Assembly (NCBI GenBank): GCA_023205875.1
Contig: CP060766.1
Coordinates: forward strand, 124,001 to 188,000
Length of the DNA: 64,000 bases
Source: Chloropicon primus
Taxonomy: Eukaryota
Direction of reading: 5' to 3'
The translations under genes and the position numbers were made by a program. The notes beneath the pieces are model-generated. The model made no database searches, was not told where the DNA came from, and saw only the letters and a list, made by a program, of their open reading frames with translations. Shown in pieces: positions 1 through 10,099 of this stretch. Each line of letters starts with the position of its first letter. The stretch's first letter is position 1.

Positions 1-480
1 CACGAAGAGGACGGACGATCTCAGTCGCTCGAGCTCGAGGTCTCTCGCCCTCGTCCCCCGTCACGAAAGGAAACGAAACGAAACCTAGCAAACCCTCGCT
101 AGGTTCGTCCACGTCGTCGTCCTCGTCGGGGGGCGGGATCCTCACGAGGGGCCACCGACCGACCCAAAAGGGGAAGAAGAAGAAAAAAAAAACGTAAACG
201 CCGTCGTCGAAGGGCCGCGCCCAAGCCGTCGTCGTAACGCCTCCGCGCTCCTCGTTGCGCGCGGTCGTCGTACCTCCGTCCTTGTGCGCCGATCGATCGC
301 GAACAATAACCTGACGATCGATCGATCGGGTTTGGTGATCGCATCGATCGATCGCATCGCCGACAACAACAAAAGTGGAAAACGAAACCAAAAAAAAAAA
401 AAAAAAACCAAATTTTTTTTTTTCGTGAGCGGCGCGGAGATTTTTAGATCAGGTCAGCGCCAACTTTTCCCCCAACCAAG

Positions 481-520
<40 letters not shown>

Positions 521-725
521 GATAGAAGGTGCATCATGATTAGGGCAATGATGGAAGGAATGTACGATGATGATGATGAAGGATGGAAGGAAGGAATTCG
601 TCTTCTTCTTCTTACCACTTATCCACCCCGCCTTGCTTATTGGTTATTAATATTGATATTGATAAGTTTAGGTTTAGGTTCTCTCACAGGCACCACCGAC
701 GAGACGATTGGATTGTATCTCGTTG

Positions 726-2123
726 TTATTGGATGGTCTTCTTCGTCGGCAAGAGCGTGGTGGGACTCCTGCCGTTGGAGTCCGAGGCGCTCGGGAGGTT
801 CCCCACGGCGCAGGGGGTCCAGGTCCTGCACCGCTTCCACGGGACTCTGGAGGCATCCCCGTCCTCGTCCTCGTCCTCGTCCTCCTTCCTCTTCCGATCA
901 GGCGGCGGCGGAGGCCTCTGGGGAAGGAGGAGGTCCGGCCCCTCGAACCCGCTGACGTTGCCCAGGATGCGGTCCGTGATCTTCAGGCCCTCGAAGGTGG
1001 CCGGGTCGAGGCGGTCCAGCCGGGAGAAGAGGACCTGGAAGAAGGACTTGAGGGTCAGCTTCAGGGCCCCCTTGCCCTCCTCGTCCCCCGCGGCCCTCGC
1101 CAACCTCGCCCCCTCGATCACCATGCCGTACAGCATCTTGAGGAGGCTCCTCTCCTTGTCCTCGTCCCCCGCGTGCCTCCACAGCTCCCCGCTGCTCTCC
1201 ACCAGCCACCGCACAAAGGGGTTCAGGCTCCGCTTGCGCTCCCTGGCCTCCTCCCCCCCGTCCTTGAGGCCCTCCCAGCACCGCTCGAGGAGCAGGGTCC
1301 CGACCGAGGGCCAGTACTTGCAGATCTTGGCCATGAACGTCCTCCACCCCTTGCCGTCCTGCTCCCGGAACGGCTTGGAGACCACGAGGGAGTACAGAGC
1401 CTCCTTGAGCTCCGAGCCCTGGGACCCGTGGACGCAGTCCAGCAGCTCCTTCACGAGCTCCGCCCTCCGCCGCTTCGTGGAGGACCCCTCCCCGTCCTCG
1501 GAGCTCAGGTCCACCAGCTCCCGAAGGATCCCCCCGACCTGCTCGCGCTGCTCCTCCAGCTCCCCGGCCTGCCTCCTCCAGTAGTTGTCCCTCAGCCAAA
1601 CCAAAGCCTGCTCCGCGGCGATGGAGAGGACGCTCATGCTCGGCAGGGCGTTGTGCGTGGCCTCGTGCCTCAGATCGACAAGGATTCGAGGCAGACCGAC
1701 GCTCTCCGCCAAGTTCGCCACCGACTTGGCATACACCCCCTTCTGCAACTCTCCTGACACGCCGTTCACCAAACGAGTAAGCGTCATGCTCAGGGCCAAC
1801 CTGTTGACGTGACTGCTGTGATCCCCGCCGCAAGACCGCAGCTTGATCTGCACGATGTCCGCGGTCACCCCCACCGCCATCGGCACCCTCCCCCTCGCCC
1901 GCCACGACGCTACCACGTCCAGAGCCCAACTCGCATCCTTCCACTCCTCCTCTTCACGACAACCACTCCTCCTCGTCGTCGCCGTCGTCGAAGTGGCTGG
2001 TCCTCGCCCTTGGTCGTCCGGAGGTTCTGACGGGTCCCTCCCCTCGACGAGCGCCCTCTTCACGTCCCTCCACTCCCTCCACGAGCACCATGGCACCACT
2101 TTGCCTTGTGCCGTCCTCCCCAT
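726..2123 (-). CDS. LAS1: Las1-like rRNA (ITS2) processing endoribonuclease
   Basis: Likely ATG at 2123 (MGRTAQGKVVPWCSWREW). Las1 motifs VVPW.SW.EW, W..RGRVP.AV..T, RLALSM...RLVNG and LVDLRHEATH..LPS (HEPN RxxxxH). Single exon; the upstream ORF extension to 2621 is not convincing. Confidence 0.9.
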   Translation of the reverse strand: MGRTAQGKVVPWCSWREWRDVKRALVEGRDPSEPPDDQGRGPATSTTATTRRSGCREEEEWKDASWALDVVASWRARGRVPMAVGVTADIVQIKLRSCGGDHSSHVNRLALSMTLTRLVNGVSGELQKGVYAKSVANLAESVGLPRILVDLRHEATHNALPSMSVLSIAAEQALVWLRDNYWRRQAGELEEQREQVGGILRELVDLSSEDGEGSSTKRRRAELVKELLDCVHGSQGSELKEALYSLVVSKPFREQDGKGWRTFMAKICKYWPSVGTLLLERCWEGLKDGGEEARERKRSLNPFVRWLVESSGELWRHAGDEDKERSLLKMLYGMVIEGARLARAAGDEEGKGALKLTLKSFFQVLFSRLDRLDPATFEGLKITDRILGNVSGFEGPDLLLPQRPPPPPDRKRKEDEDEDEDGDASRVPWKRCRTWTPCAVGNLPSASDSNGRSPTTLLPTKKTIQ

Positions 2124-2468
2124 CGCAGCGCAGCGTACCCCTGTGCTTTTGGCGCCCTCGCGTGGTTTGAGAGAGAGCGAGAGCGAGAGAGCGACGAGGA
2201 GGGCGACGAGGGGGGCGAGGACGGCGAGGAGGACGGCGAGGCGATCGATAGAGGGTCCTCGGAGCTTTCGAAAGAGCCCCCGCTCGAAACAAACGGCGCT
2301 GGGGGGAGGCATTGAGAGAGGTGGATCGAGGAGGGCGAGGAGGGCGGGAGAGAGGGGAGCAGTCGGGGCGGAGGGAGCGCCTCTCGCGGTCTTTCGAAAG
2401 CGAGGACTCTCGCTTGGAAGAAGTGGCGCGGAACTTTTTGGAGTCTTTTGGTTGGAAAGGCCAAGGCC

Positions 2469-2846
2469 ATGAAGAGGGGAGCGGAGGAGAGGGAAGGGGA
2501 GGAGGGGGGGAGCACGAGCCAGGCGGCGAAAGCGCGGCGCTCTCACCCCCACGGCAAGGAGACTGGGCTTACGGGATACGTGAATTCGACCGTGTCCATC
2601 ATCACAAACGACGGGAGGCACATCCTGGGTCTGCTGAAGGGGTTCGACCAGGCCACGAACCTCATACTGGAGGGCTCCAAGGAGAGGATCTACTCGCCCG
2701 AGGAGGGGGTGGAGGAGATGGAGTTGGGACTGTACTTGCTGAGGGGAGATTGCATCGCTGTCGTTGGAGAGGTGGACGATGACCTCGACTCACAAATCGA
2801 CCTGCCTTCACTCAAGGGGCACCCCCTCAGTGAAGTCGTTCACTGA
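2469..2846 (+). CDS. LSM8: U6 snRNA-associated Sm-like protein LSm8
   Basis: VSIITNDGR..G.LKGFDQATNLIL..S.ERIYS..EGVE...LGLY.LRGD.IAVVGE.D..LD is the LSm8 signature. ATG at 2469; divergent from LAS1. Confidence 0.93.
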   Translation: MKRGAEEREGEEGGSTSQAAKARRSHPHGKETGLTGYVNSTVSIITNDGRHILGLLKGFDQATNLILEGSKERIYSPEEGVEEMELGLYLLRGDCIAVVGEVDDDLDSQIDLPSLKGHPLSEVVH

Positions 2847-3042
2847 GGAGGGCGAATGCGCGGTCACGTCGCCGCACCTTCCAGCGCAATAGGCTTGTAA
2901 TTTACCATAGAGATCATTATTGGATTGTCCCTCCCCCACCTCTCTGCCTCACCAGCTTTCTCAGCGACCGGCATCGGCGGCACGTCGTCGGCCACCGCAA
3001 CTGTCCTAGTTCTTCTCCCAATCCTTGGAAAGCGCTTGGTGT

Positions 3043-3044
<2 letters not shown>

Positions 3045-3080
<36 letters not shown>
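3045..3080. repeat. (GA)n microsatellite; representative of many (GA/CT)n and (GT/CA)n tracts (e.g. 8414-8452, 8694-8720, 9918-9949, 38640-38714, 41954-42005)
   Basis: Directly visible dinucleotide runs in intergenic and intronic DNA. Confidence 0.95.
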
Positions 3081-3081
<1 letters not shown>

Positions 3082-3279
3082 CACGGAAGAGGGAGAGAGA
3101 CCTTTGATGGAGGAGCCTCCTGTCCTCAAGGCTTGCCCCGATCCCCCCTTCCCTTCCTTTCCGAGAAGAGAGAGAGAGACAGGAGGCTAGCCTTCCTTGA
3201 TCTGCAAAATTTTTTTGAGAGGAGCCGATCGATGGCGATGAGTTGAGCGCAGCAGAGCGGGAGGAAGGGGAACGCGAGC

Positions 3280-4142
3280 ATGGCGGGAGTAGGAGTGGGA
3301 CGATGCAATTGGATTGTGCCATGCATGCTCGTGGCGGCGCTTGCGCTCTCGTTGGCCGGTCTCGGAACGGAGGCCTTGGAAGAGAGAGGAGGTCTGGTGG
3401 ATACCACGGAAGCCGGGGTGAAGCTGCTTCTCGATCACGCGCAGAACTTGAGTGTGGCGAGTGAGGATGGGGACGTCAACGAGTCATGCCTGGTCTTCCT
3501 TCTGTACAGCACGAGTTGCCCCTTCTCGAAGCGCCTGTACTCCGACGTCGAGGAGCTCAGCTTGCAGTACGACAAAAGCATCGCATTCGTGGCGATGGAG
3601 AAGACCCACTCCAGTCTGAACCTTCTGATGCAATTCGGCTTCCATGCTGTGCCTCAGGTGGTGGTGTACTCGCCGAGCGGGAGGGACAAGCTCAAAGGAA
3701 GCGACAAGCAGACGACTTTGAGAAACTACCTTCAAGGCCTGGTGGCGAACGTAAGTATCTTCAGCTGCAGCTTCAAACTTGTAGCGTGTGTGGGGTGTGG
3801 GTGTGGGTGTGGGTGCTGGGAGAGGAAGAGGCAGAGACCTGAACGCTCTCGCTGATCTTTGATTTCCGGAATACTGAACGACGTTTGCCTTCCGCGTGCT
3901 TGCGCTTTTCACTTTGTTGGTTTCAGCCAAACGTCAGCTGCAACATTGCCTCGTTCAAAGATGTTTTGCCTCTGGTGGAACGGGAGAGCAAGCCAACGAC
4001 GTGGACGGATGGCTCGCAAGAGATGACGAGAATCACTTGGATCGTTGTCGCGTGCCTTGGAGTCTTCTACCTCTCCGTGTTTCTTCACGAAAAATTCACG
4101 GGCAGGAAGCTCGGCGAGAAGCGCAAGGTCCACACCGAGTAA
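3280..4142 (+). CDS. Secretory thioredoxin-fold membrane protein (APR-like/TXNDC15-like)
   Basis: Exons 3280-3750 and 3927-4142 (GTAAGT...TTTCAG, phase 0). Signal peptide, LLYSTSCPFS (CxxS-type) motif, FGFHAVP, C-terminal TM helix and basic tail. Confidence 0.7.
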
Positions 4143-4174
4143 CCGGCGACCACCACATCGGCCGGGCCTTGGCC

Positions 4175-4470
4175 TTGTTTGTTCCAAGCGCCAGACCTCC
4201 CAAAGGGCAAAGGGAACAAGGGGGAGGGGATGCGTAGACAGGAGTGAAAAGTCAAGTCGAACACCCTGCCGCTGTATCACAATTGTTATAGTATATCTAC
4301 CTTATCATCAATCAATCATCACCCACCACTTGGCGTTTGCTCCCCAACAAGAGCTTTGTTTGTTCCAAGCGCCAGACCTCCCAAAGGGCAAAGGGAACAA
4401 GGGGGAGGGGATGCGTAGACAGGAGTGAAAAGCAAAATCGAAACACCCTGCCGCTGCATCACAATTGTTT
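4175..4470. repeat. Two-copy direct repeat (~115 bp unit, ~181 bp spacing)
   Basis: TTGTTTGTTCCAAGCGCCAGACCTCCCAAAGGGCAAAGGGAACAAGGGGGAGGGGATGCGTAGACAGGAGTGAAAAG starts at 4175 and 4356, followed by diverged continuation. Confidence 0.9.
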
Positions 4471-4619
4471 ATTGCAATTGCAATCTACCTTGATCAAAGC
4501 ATCAAGCTCCTCCGTCCTCTTCTCGAAGTTAGCTCCTCACTCTTCTTGGATCTGCTACTGGTGGTGGTTGGACTTTTTGCGGTGAGGTCGAAGGGCTCGC
4601 AGTGGTCTGCCTCTCGACC

Positions 4620-5066
4620 ATGCGCGTGTTTTATGTCCTGCGCGACCTCTACCGACGTCTGTTCGTGTCCTCTGCGAAGGCCTCGAGGCCGGCGGCAGGG
4701 TACACGAGCGAGTTGTCTTCACCGGAAGCGGTGCGTGATGCCTTGAGGGCCAAGCTGGCTCTCAGGAACCAGCTCCGTGTTCTCAAGGAAAGGGCGAGGG
4801 AGACGGAGGAGGAGAGGAAGGCGAGGGAGCTTCGGGAGGAGAAGGCCATGCTCGAGGAGCTGAAGAAGACTCGGGAAAAGTTCGGCCAGCAGATGGAGTT
4901 CATCAAACGGGAGAGGGAACGAAACGAGACCATGATCGAGGAGAGGCTGAAAGCAAAGAATGCGAAACACGGGACAACCCAGGAGGAAAAGATCAAGAGG
5001 GTCTTCGAAGAGATCGAGAAGTTCGAGAAGGACTTCTTCGCCGCCGAGGAGCCGAGCAAGAAGTGA
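4620..5066 (+). CDS. Hypothetical coiled-coil protein, possible organellar presequence
   Basis: ATG at 4620; 148 aa; R/S-rich N-terminus, then E/K/R-rich helical region; codon usage like neighbouring genes. Confidence 0.6.
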   Translation: MRVFYVLRDLYRRLFVSSAKASRPAAGYTSELSSPEAVRDALRAKLALRNQLRVLKERARETEEERKARELREEKAMLEELKKTREKFGQQMEFIKRERERNETMIEERLKAKNAKHGTTQEEKIKRVFEEIEKFEKDFFAAEEPSKK

Positions 5067-5169
5067 AACCTTCCTGCGCTCGCATCATTCAAAATTCAGT
5101 TGTATTGTACAAAAATATTAAAGTAGTCAAAACAGGACCAACTGACCTTCTTCGTCGTGGTTCTGGCTC

Positions 5170-6186
5170 TCACTCGTTCCCTTCCTTCTCCAAGTGCTGC
5201 CTGACGAGAGCTTGCATGTTTTGCATCACTTGCTGCTCTTTCACCTTCTTTTCCTCAAAGTTGATCATAGCGAGCGCAGCTTTCTCCTCCGCGCTGTACA
5301 CCTGGTTCTCCTTCCTGATACGGATGGCGTTCATCCTCGAGTGCCTGTTGCCGCTCATAATGTAGCCCAAATCCTCGTACGAGGATATTTTGTCCGAAGT
5401 GAGGCCAATCTCTCCCCTCCTGGGAATTCTCTGCCCACTCTGAACGTACGCTGCCATCGCGTCACCCTCGCCGGGGAGCAGGTGCTTGCCATACGTCCCA
5501 GGCGCCGCCCGCGCAACCTCCTCGGGCTTCTCCGGTCCAACGAGCTTTGACTCCTCCTCTATCCTCGCCTGTTCCGCCAGCTTGGCTTCTCTCTCCCTCT
5601 CCACGCTCTCCAAGAACGCCTTGAAACGCTGGAGCTCGGCTCGAGCGTCCTCCTCGTCGCTCGCCTCCTCCTCCTCGGCGGCCTTCCGTTTCTCCTTCTC
5701 CAACTCTGCCGCCGCTTCCTGCTCCCTCGCCTTGGCCTCCTCTGCCTCCCTCTCGTCCCTCTCCCGGTCTGCTTGCTCCGAAGGGACACCCTTGTCCTCT
5801 TCCGGCGGTGGCGAAGGGGAAGCCGCCCACAGGTCCACTCGAACCTTCCCCGTCAGTTCCAACCTCTTCACCCTCCTCTGCTCTCTCTCCTGCCCGTCGT
5901 AGAACCTGTTGTAGTCACCAAACCCGCCGTCCCGATAACTGTCGCGCCCACGACCCCTGCCGTACCTCTCCCCTTCCCCTCCCCTTCTCTCCCTGTCCCA
6001 CCCTCTCCCTCCATCGCCATCTCTCTCTCTGTCCCTTCCGCCTCTTCGATACCTCGACTCCCTTCCTCCGTCCCGGTAACCTCGGCCTTCGCCGTTGCCG
6101 TCGTCGTCGTAGCGCGGAGACCCCCGTCTCTCCCTCCTCTCCCCCCCTCGACAGCGGGAGCGGTACTCTCCCTCCCGACGGCTCAT
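5170..6186 (-). CDS. NKAP: NKAP / UPF0396 family splicing-associated protein
   Basis: RD/RG-rich N-terminus. C-terminal YG..LLPGEG.AMAAYVQSG.RIPRRGEIGLTS..I..YE.LGY.MSG.RH.RMNA.RIRKENQVYSAEEK.AL motif. Confidence 0.93.
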   Translation of the reverse strand: MSRREGEYRSRCRGGERRERRGSPRYDDDGNGEGRGYRDGGRESRYRRGGRDRERDGDGGRGWDRERRGGEGERYGRGRGRDSYRDGGFGDYNRFYDGQEREQRRVKRLELTGKVRVDLWAASPSPPPEEDKGVPSEQADRERDEREAEEAKAREQEAAAELEKEKRKAAEEEEASDEEDARAELQRFKAFLESVEREREAKLAEQARIEEESKLVGPEKPEEVARAAPGTYGKHLLPGEGDAMAAYVQSGQRIPRRGEIGLTSDKISSYEDLGYIMSGNRHSRMNAIRIRKENQVYSAEEKAALAMINFEEKKVKEQQVMQNMQALVRQHLEKEGNE

Positions 6187-6222
6187 GACGCCTCCGCCTC
6201 ACTCTTGCTCTCCTTCCGGACG

Positions 6223-6278
6223 GAGTCCTTTGGAGGGAGTCCTTTGGAGGGAGTCCTTTGGAGGGAGTCCTTTGGCGT
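6223..6278. repeat. 14-bp tandem repeat (GAGTCCTTTGGAGG) x~4 just upstream of NKAP
   Basis: Directly visible. Confidence 0.85.
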
Positions 6279-6589
6279 CCTTTGCTTTGGGGAGGGAGGG
6301 GAGGGGTAACGGTTCCTTCTTCTGGTTCCAAAGTTATTCTTTCATAGGGCAGGCAAGCTTTCTAAACACAATTATTAATATTTTATCTTACTATGTTATC
6401 AAACCCAAACGAGAGCACCCACTCTTCTTCTCGACAAACAAGAAGATGATGTCAGTGGGCACTTCTCTATTTTCTGTTCTGTTCGAAACCCTCTCCCAAC
6501 AAAAACTTGGCACGATGCGTCAAGCGGCAGCAACACAGAACCAAGGCAAAGTCCTCTGTTGGTCCGTGCTCCCTCGCGCGCTCCTCCTT

Positions 6590-8013
6590 CTAGTCGCCTT
6601 CATTAAAAGTTGGCTCGGCATCGAAGTAATCCGTATTACTTCTCTCCCTCAGCAACTCTCCTCCTCCTCCATTTCCTCCTGGAGAGGGAGAGGGAGAGGG
6701 GGAGGAGTCCTTCACCACGTCCTTGAGCGCCTCCTTCATCTCGCTCGCGTCCCAGATGTTGCTCGTCGAGAACATCGCCTCGTCGGCGTCCAAGTGACCA
6801 CCAATGTGCTCGGGCAGGTCGTGCGGGTCGACGAAGTTGAAAAGCTTCTCGTGGTAGTCCGAGCCGTAGACTTTGATCTTGGCCAGAGTCCTCTTGTCGA
6901 GCCAAAGCTTCACCACCGACCAGATCATGCTAAATATTTTCGGCGCGTTGATGATGAACATCTGCCCAAGATGCTCCGGGTAATACTCCTGATCTATGTT
7001 CGTAATCTGCTTCAGGAAGGATCGAGTCGTTTTGTTGAACTGCTTGTACGATAAGCCCTTGAGATCGATGATGGAGAAGGACTGGAAGATCTTGTGGCCC
7101 ACGTGGGCAGAACACTTTGGATAGATCTCCCGTATCAGCTTCTCCCACTCGTACACGTGGTACTGGATCATCCTCTCCACCGTCGTCACTCTAAGCAGCG
7201 CCTCTACGTTGATCTTGCCGACCTCGTTGATGTAGATGGGCCTCCCAAACTTGTCCTGCTCGCGAAAAAAAAAAGGGAAGACAGCATTGGAGCCAGGCGT
7301 CAGGCAAAGGGGTGGTCTCGTTTACCTTGGGCGTCCACCACGAGAACGAACGCCTCGGCGTACTTACCGTCCTAAGATAGTACTGGGGAAAGATCTTCAG
7401 GACTTCCTTCTTCTCGGGGAAGCTAAACGTTTTATGAATCTGATCTGTCCCAAACTCCCTCCTCCACCTGCGTGCCGCAAGAGCGACGGGACGAAAGGGA
7501 ACCCACGTCCAGGACGAAAGACACGACAAGTCAGCGGCGTCAGCGTCAGCGACGACGAGGACGACGTGCGTTGGCCGCACAAGACAGAAGAGCACAATTC
7601 AAGCATGCTCGCTTCCCCTTACCTCACTGTGTTCTTGTACATATCTATTGCTTTCTCTTCATCCCATTGTCTAGCTTTCAAAAACCGAGCAAAGTCCGTC
7701 TCTTTCTCCTGCAGTAGGTCACACGCATTGCATTGGAGGCAAGGGGAAGCGAGGTCGTCAGCAAGGTTCAGAGAGGAGAACGGAATTCTTCGGCGGGATC
7801 AAAATTGCCATGACGTCGATGAGGGGCACGTACCAGCACAGGATCACGCTCTGAAAGAGCGGCTACTTGCTGTCGAAAAGTTTTCACTTTCATCTCTTTG
7901 TCATCTTCCCCATCTGCCCCAATATGTTCGAACCAATAAACATACTCCTCCGTCTCAGAGACAGAAGACTTTTCCTTGTCAGCCTTGGTGCTCCTCGTTC
8001 GCGTCCACTTCAT
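6590..8013 (-). CDS. Sec14/CRAL-TRIO phosphatidylinositol transfer protein
   Basis: Exons 8013-7834, 7708-7623, 7467-7368 and 7255-6590 with consistent GT-AG phases. RFLKARQWD, DKFGRPIYI, IIDLKG, DQEYYPE.LG.MFIINAP..F..IW..VK.WLD..T..KI, LPEHIGG. Confidence 0.9.
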
Positions 8014-8411
8014 CTTGCCCGCTCGGCCTTTTCTCCTGCCCCCCCCCCCGATTCAAAACGAGCTTCTCTCCCGCTCCCACTCGTCTCCTCCGTCTCCAAC
8101 CTTACACCAACCCGCAGCCAAGCCAGTGCCCCTCCTCGGTGCCCGCTACCAAACGTCCATTCACCGCTGTGCTGGAACCTCAACCAATGGACACCACACG
8201 CACTGATGGACGCAACGCACTGGTGTGGCTGGTATGCTCTTTGTCCCTCCTCTCCCCCAAAGCGTCCTCTCCTGCTTCTCCTCAACACCACTCCCTGCTC
8301 GGGGCTTGCTCCTCCGTCCCAGTCCCCGAAGAGAAAAAAGGGAGGAGGACAAGGACAAGGACAAGACAAGGGAGGAGGAGGTAGGTTTAGAGAGAGCGAG
8401 AGCGAGAGCGT

Positions 8412-8454
<43 letters not shown>

Positions 8455-8689
8455 TGGAGTTCCTTACCTTAAACATGTGATTGGTTTCCTTTCAACGTCA
8501 TGATCTAGTCACTCCCTCGTATCAGACAATTAAGACAATTGGAAGACAACGAGGAAGACAACGAGGAAGACAACGAGGAAAGAGAAAAGAGGAAAGAGAA
8601 AAGAGAAAAGAATGGATGATGGATAAGAAAGAAAAGAAAAGAAAAGTTTCTTTCTCAGCAAGAAAGAACCGAAAGACAAACACGAAGAG

Positions 8690-8723
<34 letters not shown>

Positions 8724-8976
8724 GAAAGTTTCATTTTCGCATTTCAGATTTCAGATTTGAAGTCGAGGCTGGAGCGCTGTCAGCCAAGCAAAAAGAAAAA
8801 CCGACTGCTGGAAAGATCTTGGCGGGTTCCTTCGAAAGCGACGGAGACGACGACGACGACGCGCGGACTGAGGGGACGGGGACTCGACGAACGAATAGAT
8901 CGTCTCTTTCTCATTCCATTGACCCCTCGCTTGTGCGGAGGGGCGCGGAGGCGAACGAGGGAGAAGCGTTACAGGG

Positions 8977-9849
8977 ATGATGACGACGACGATGACGATG
9001 ACGATGACGATGACAATGACGACAATGAGAAGGCAATCTTGTGGCGTGGCTTCGACGAGCTCGCCGTCGACGAGGAGGCAGCCTCTCGGCGTGAGGTCCT
9101 TCCGGTCGAGGCGCTTGCGCCACGAGAGGCTGCCGTTCGCGCCGGGTAACGGGTGGCGAGTTGTGGTACGGAGCGGGATAGACAACGATGACTTGCCTGA
9201 CGAGGGGAACCTGGACGAGGTCTCGATGGAGTCCCTGTTCGCGAGCGAGTTGAAGAGGCGCGAGATCGCCCCCGGGGAGGACGAGGTGAGTAACCAAAAC
9301 GCCGAGGCGAAAGAAGGGGAACTTTGCTTCCGATTCCATCTCCAACCTCCTCAACTGATCAACTAATTCTGTTTGGGTTCCTCGTCTCTTCCTTTTTCCA
9401 TCTCTCACACGGTTTTCCACCTCAAGGTTGGATCCGGTGGGCAGCTCGAGAAGTCGAGGGCGCTCCAGGCCGAGGGTCTAGAGGGGCTGCCTGCCAGGGC
9501 GAAAGAGCTGCTGACCTTGGGCGCGACCTCCACGTTAGCGTTCGCCCCTCTCGGTGCAGTCGTCGCGGTGGCTTTCGCCACCCTCGCTTTTGGCCTGGGG
9601 GACTCCTTCGTGCACACGGGAGGGGCAGGACCGCCTCCTTACGTCGACCCCAACGAGCTCCTCGACCCGGCCAACGCCCCCGGGGTGCCGTACGTCAGAT
9701 TCAACAGGAACTACACGGATTACTACGCGGACGGGTATCCGAATCCCTACGAGCAGCGCCAGGCAGAGGAGTCTTCTGTTTCCTCCACCACCGAGGAGCC
9801 CGTTTCTGCACTGTCGGAAGAGCCCGCAACGGTCATCCCTGCGGAGTGA
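8977..9849 (+). CDS. Conserved plastid-targeted membrane protein of unknown function
   Basis: Exons ~8977-9285 and 9427-9849 (phase 0; start ambiguous among several ATGs). Transit-peptide-like N-terminus, SLFASELKRR, QLEKSRALQAEGLEGLPARAKELLTLG, one TM region, PPPYVDP.ELL. Confidence 0.65.
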
Positions 9850-9914
9850 ACCTTCCTTCCTTTCTTCCTCTTGTGTTTTTGTATCAACCCACCCGTGTAA
9901 TCTCAAGCTTTTCT

Positions 9915-9953
<39 letters not shown>

Positions 9954-10099
9954 ATACGTGAGGGTTCCGTCCCCCCTCCCTCTCGGTCCTCCCCTCCCCT
10001 CCCCCTCGGTCCTCCCCTCCCCCTCCCCCCTCATCCATCCGCTCGCGCCAGCAGAGAGCAGCAGCTGTCGCTCCGCTCCGTGTCCATGACTCATGAGTG

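Noticed and set aside
667..680. TTTAGG x2 telomere-like motif (also AAACCCTAA at ~26298)
   Set aside because: Only one or two units; not enough to call an interstitial telomere or functional telo-box.
284..1757. Long plus-strand ORFs (284-955, 583-1584, 708-1757)
   Set aside because: Shadow frames antisense to LAS1 or running through microsatellites; no recognisable domains.
2124..2621. 165-aa N-terminal extension of the LAS1 ORF
   Set aside because: Low complexity, overlaps LSM8 on the other strand and the shared promoter; Las1 homology starts after ATG 2123.
7236..8384. 382-aa plus-strand ORF
   Set aside because: Antisense to the exons and introns of the SEC14 gene; no protein-like features.
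8541..8580. 12-bp tandem repeat GGAAGACAACGA x3
   Set aside because: Ordinary minisatellite with no further structure.
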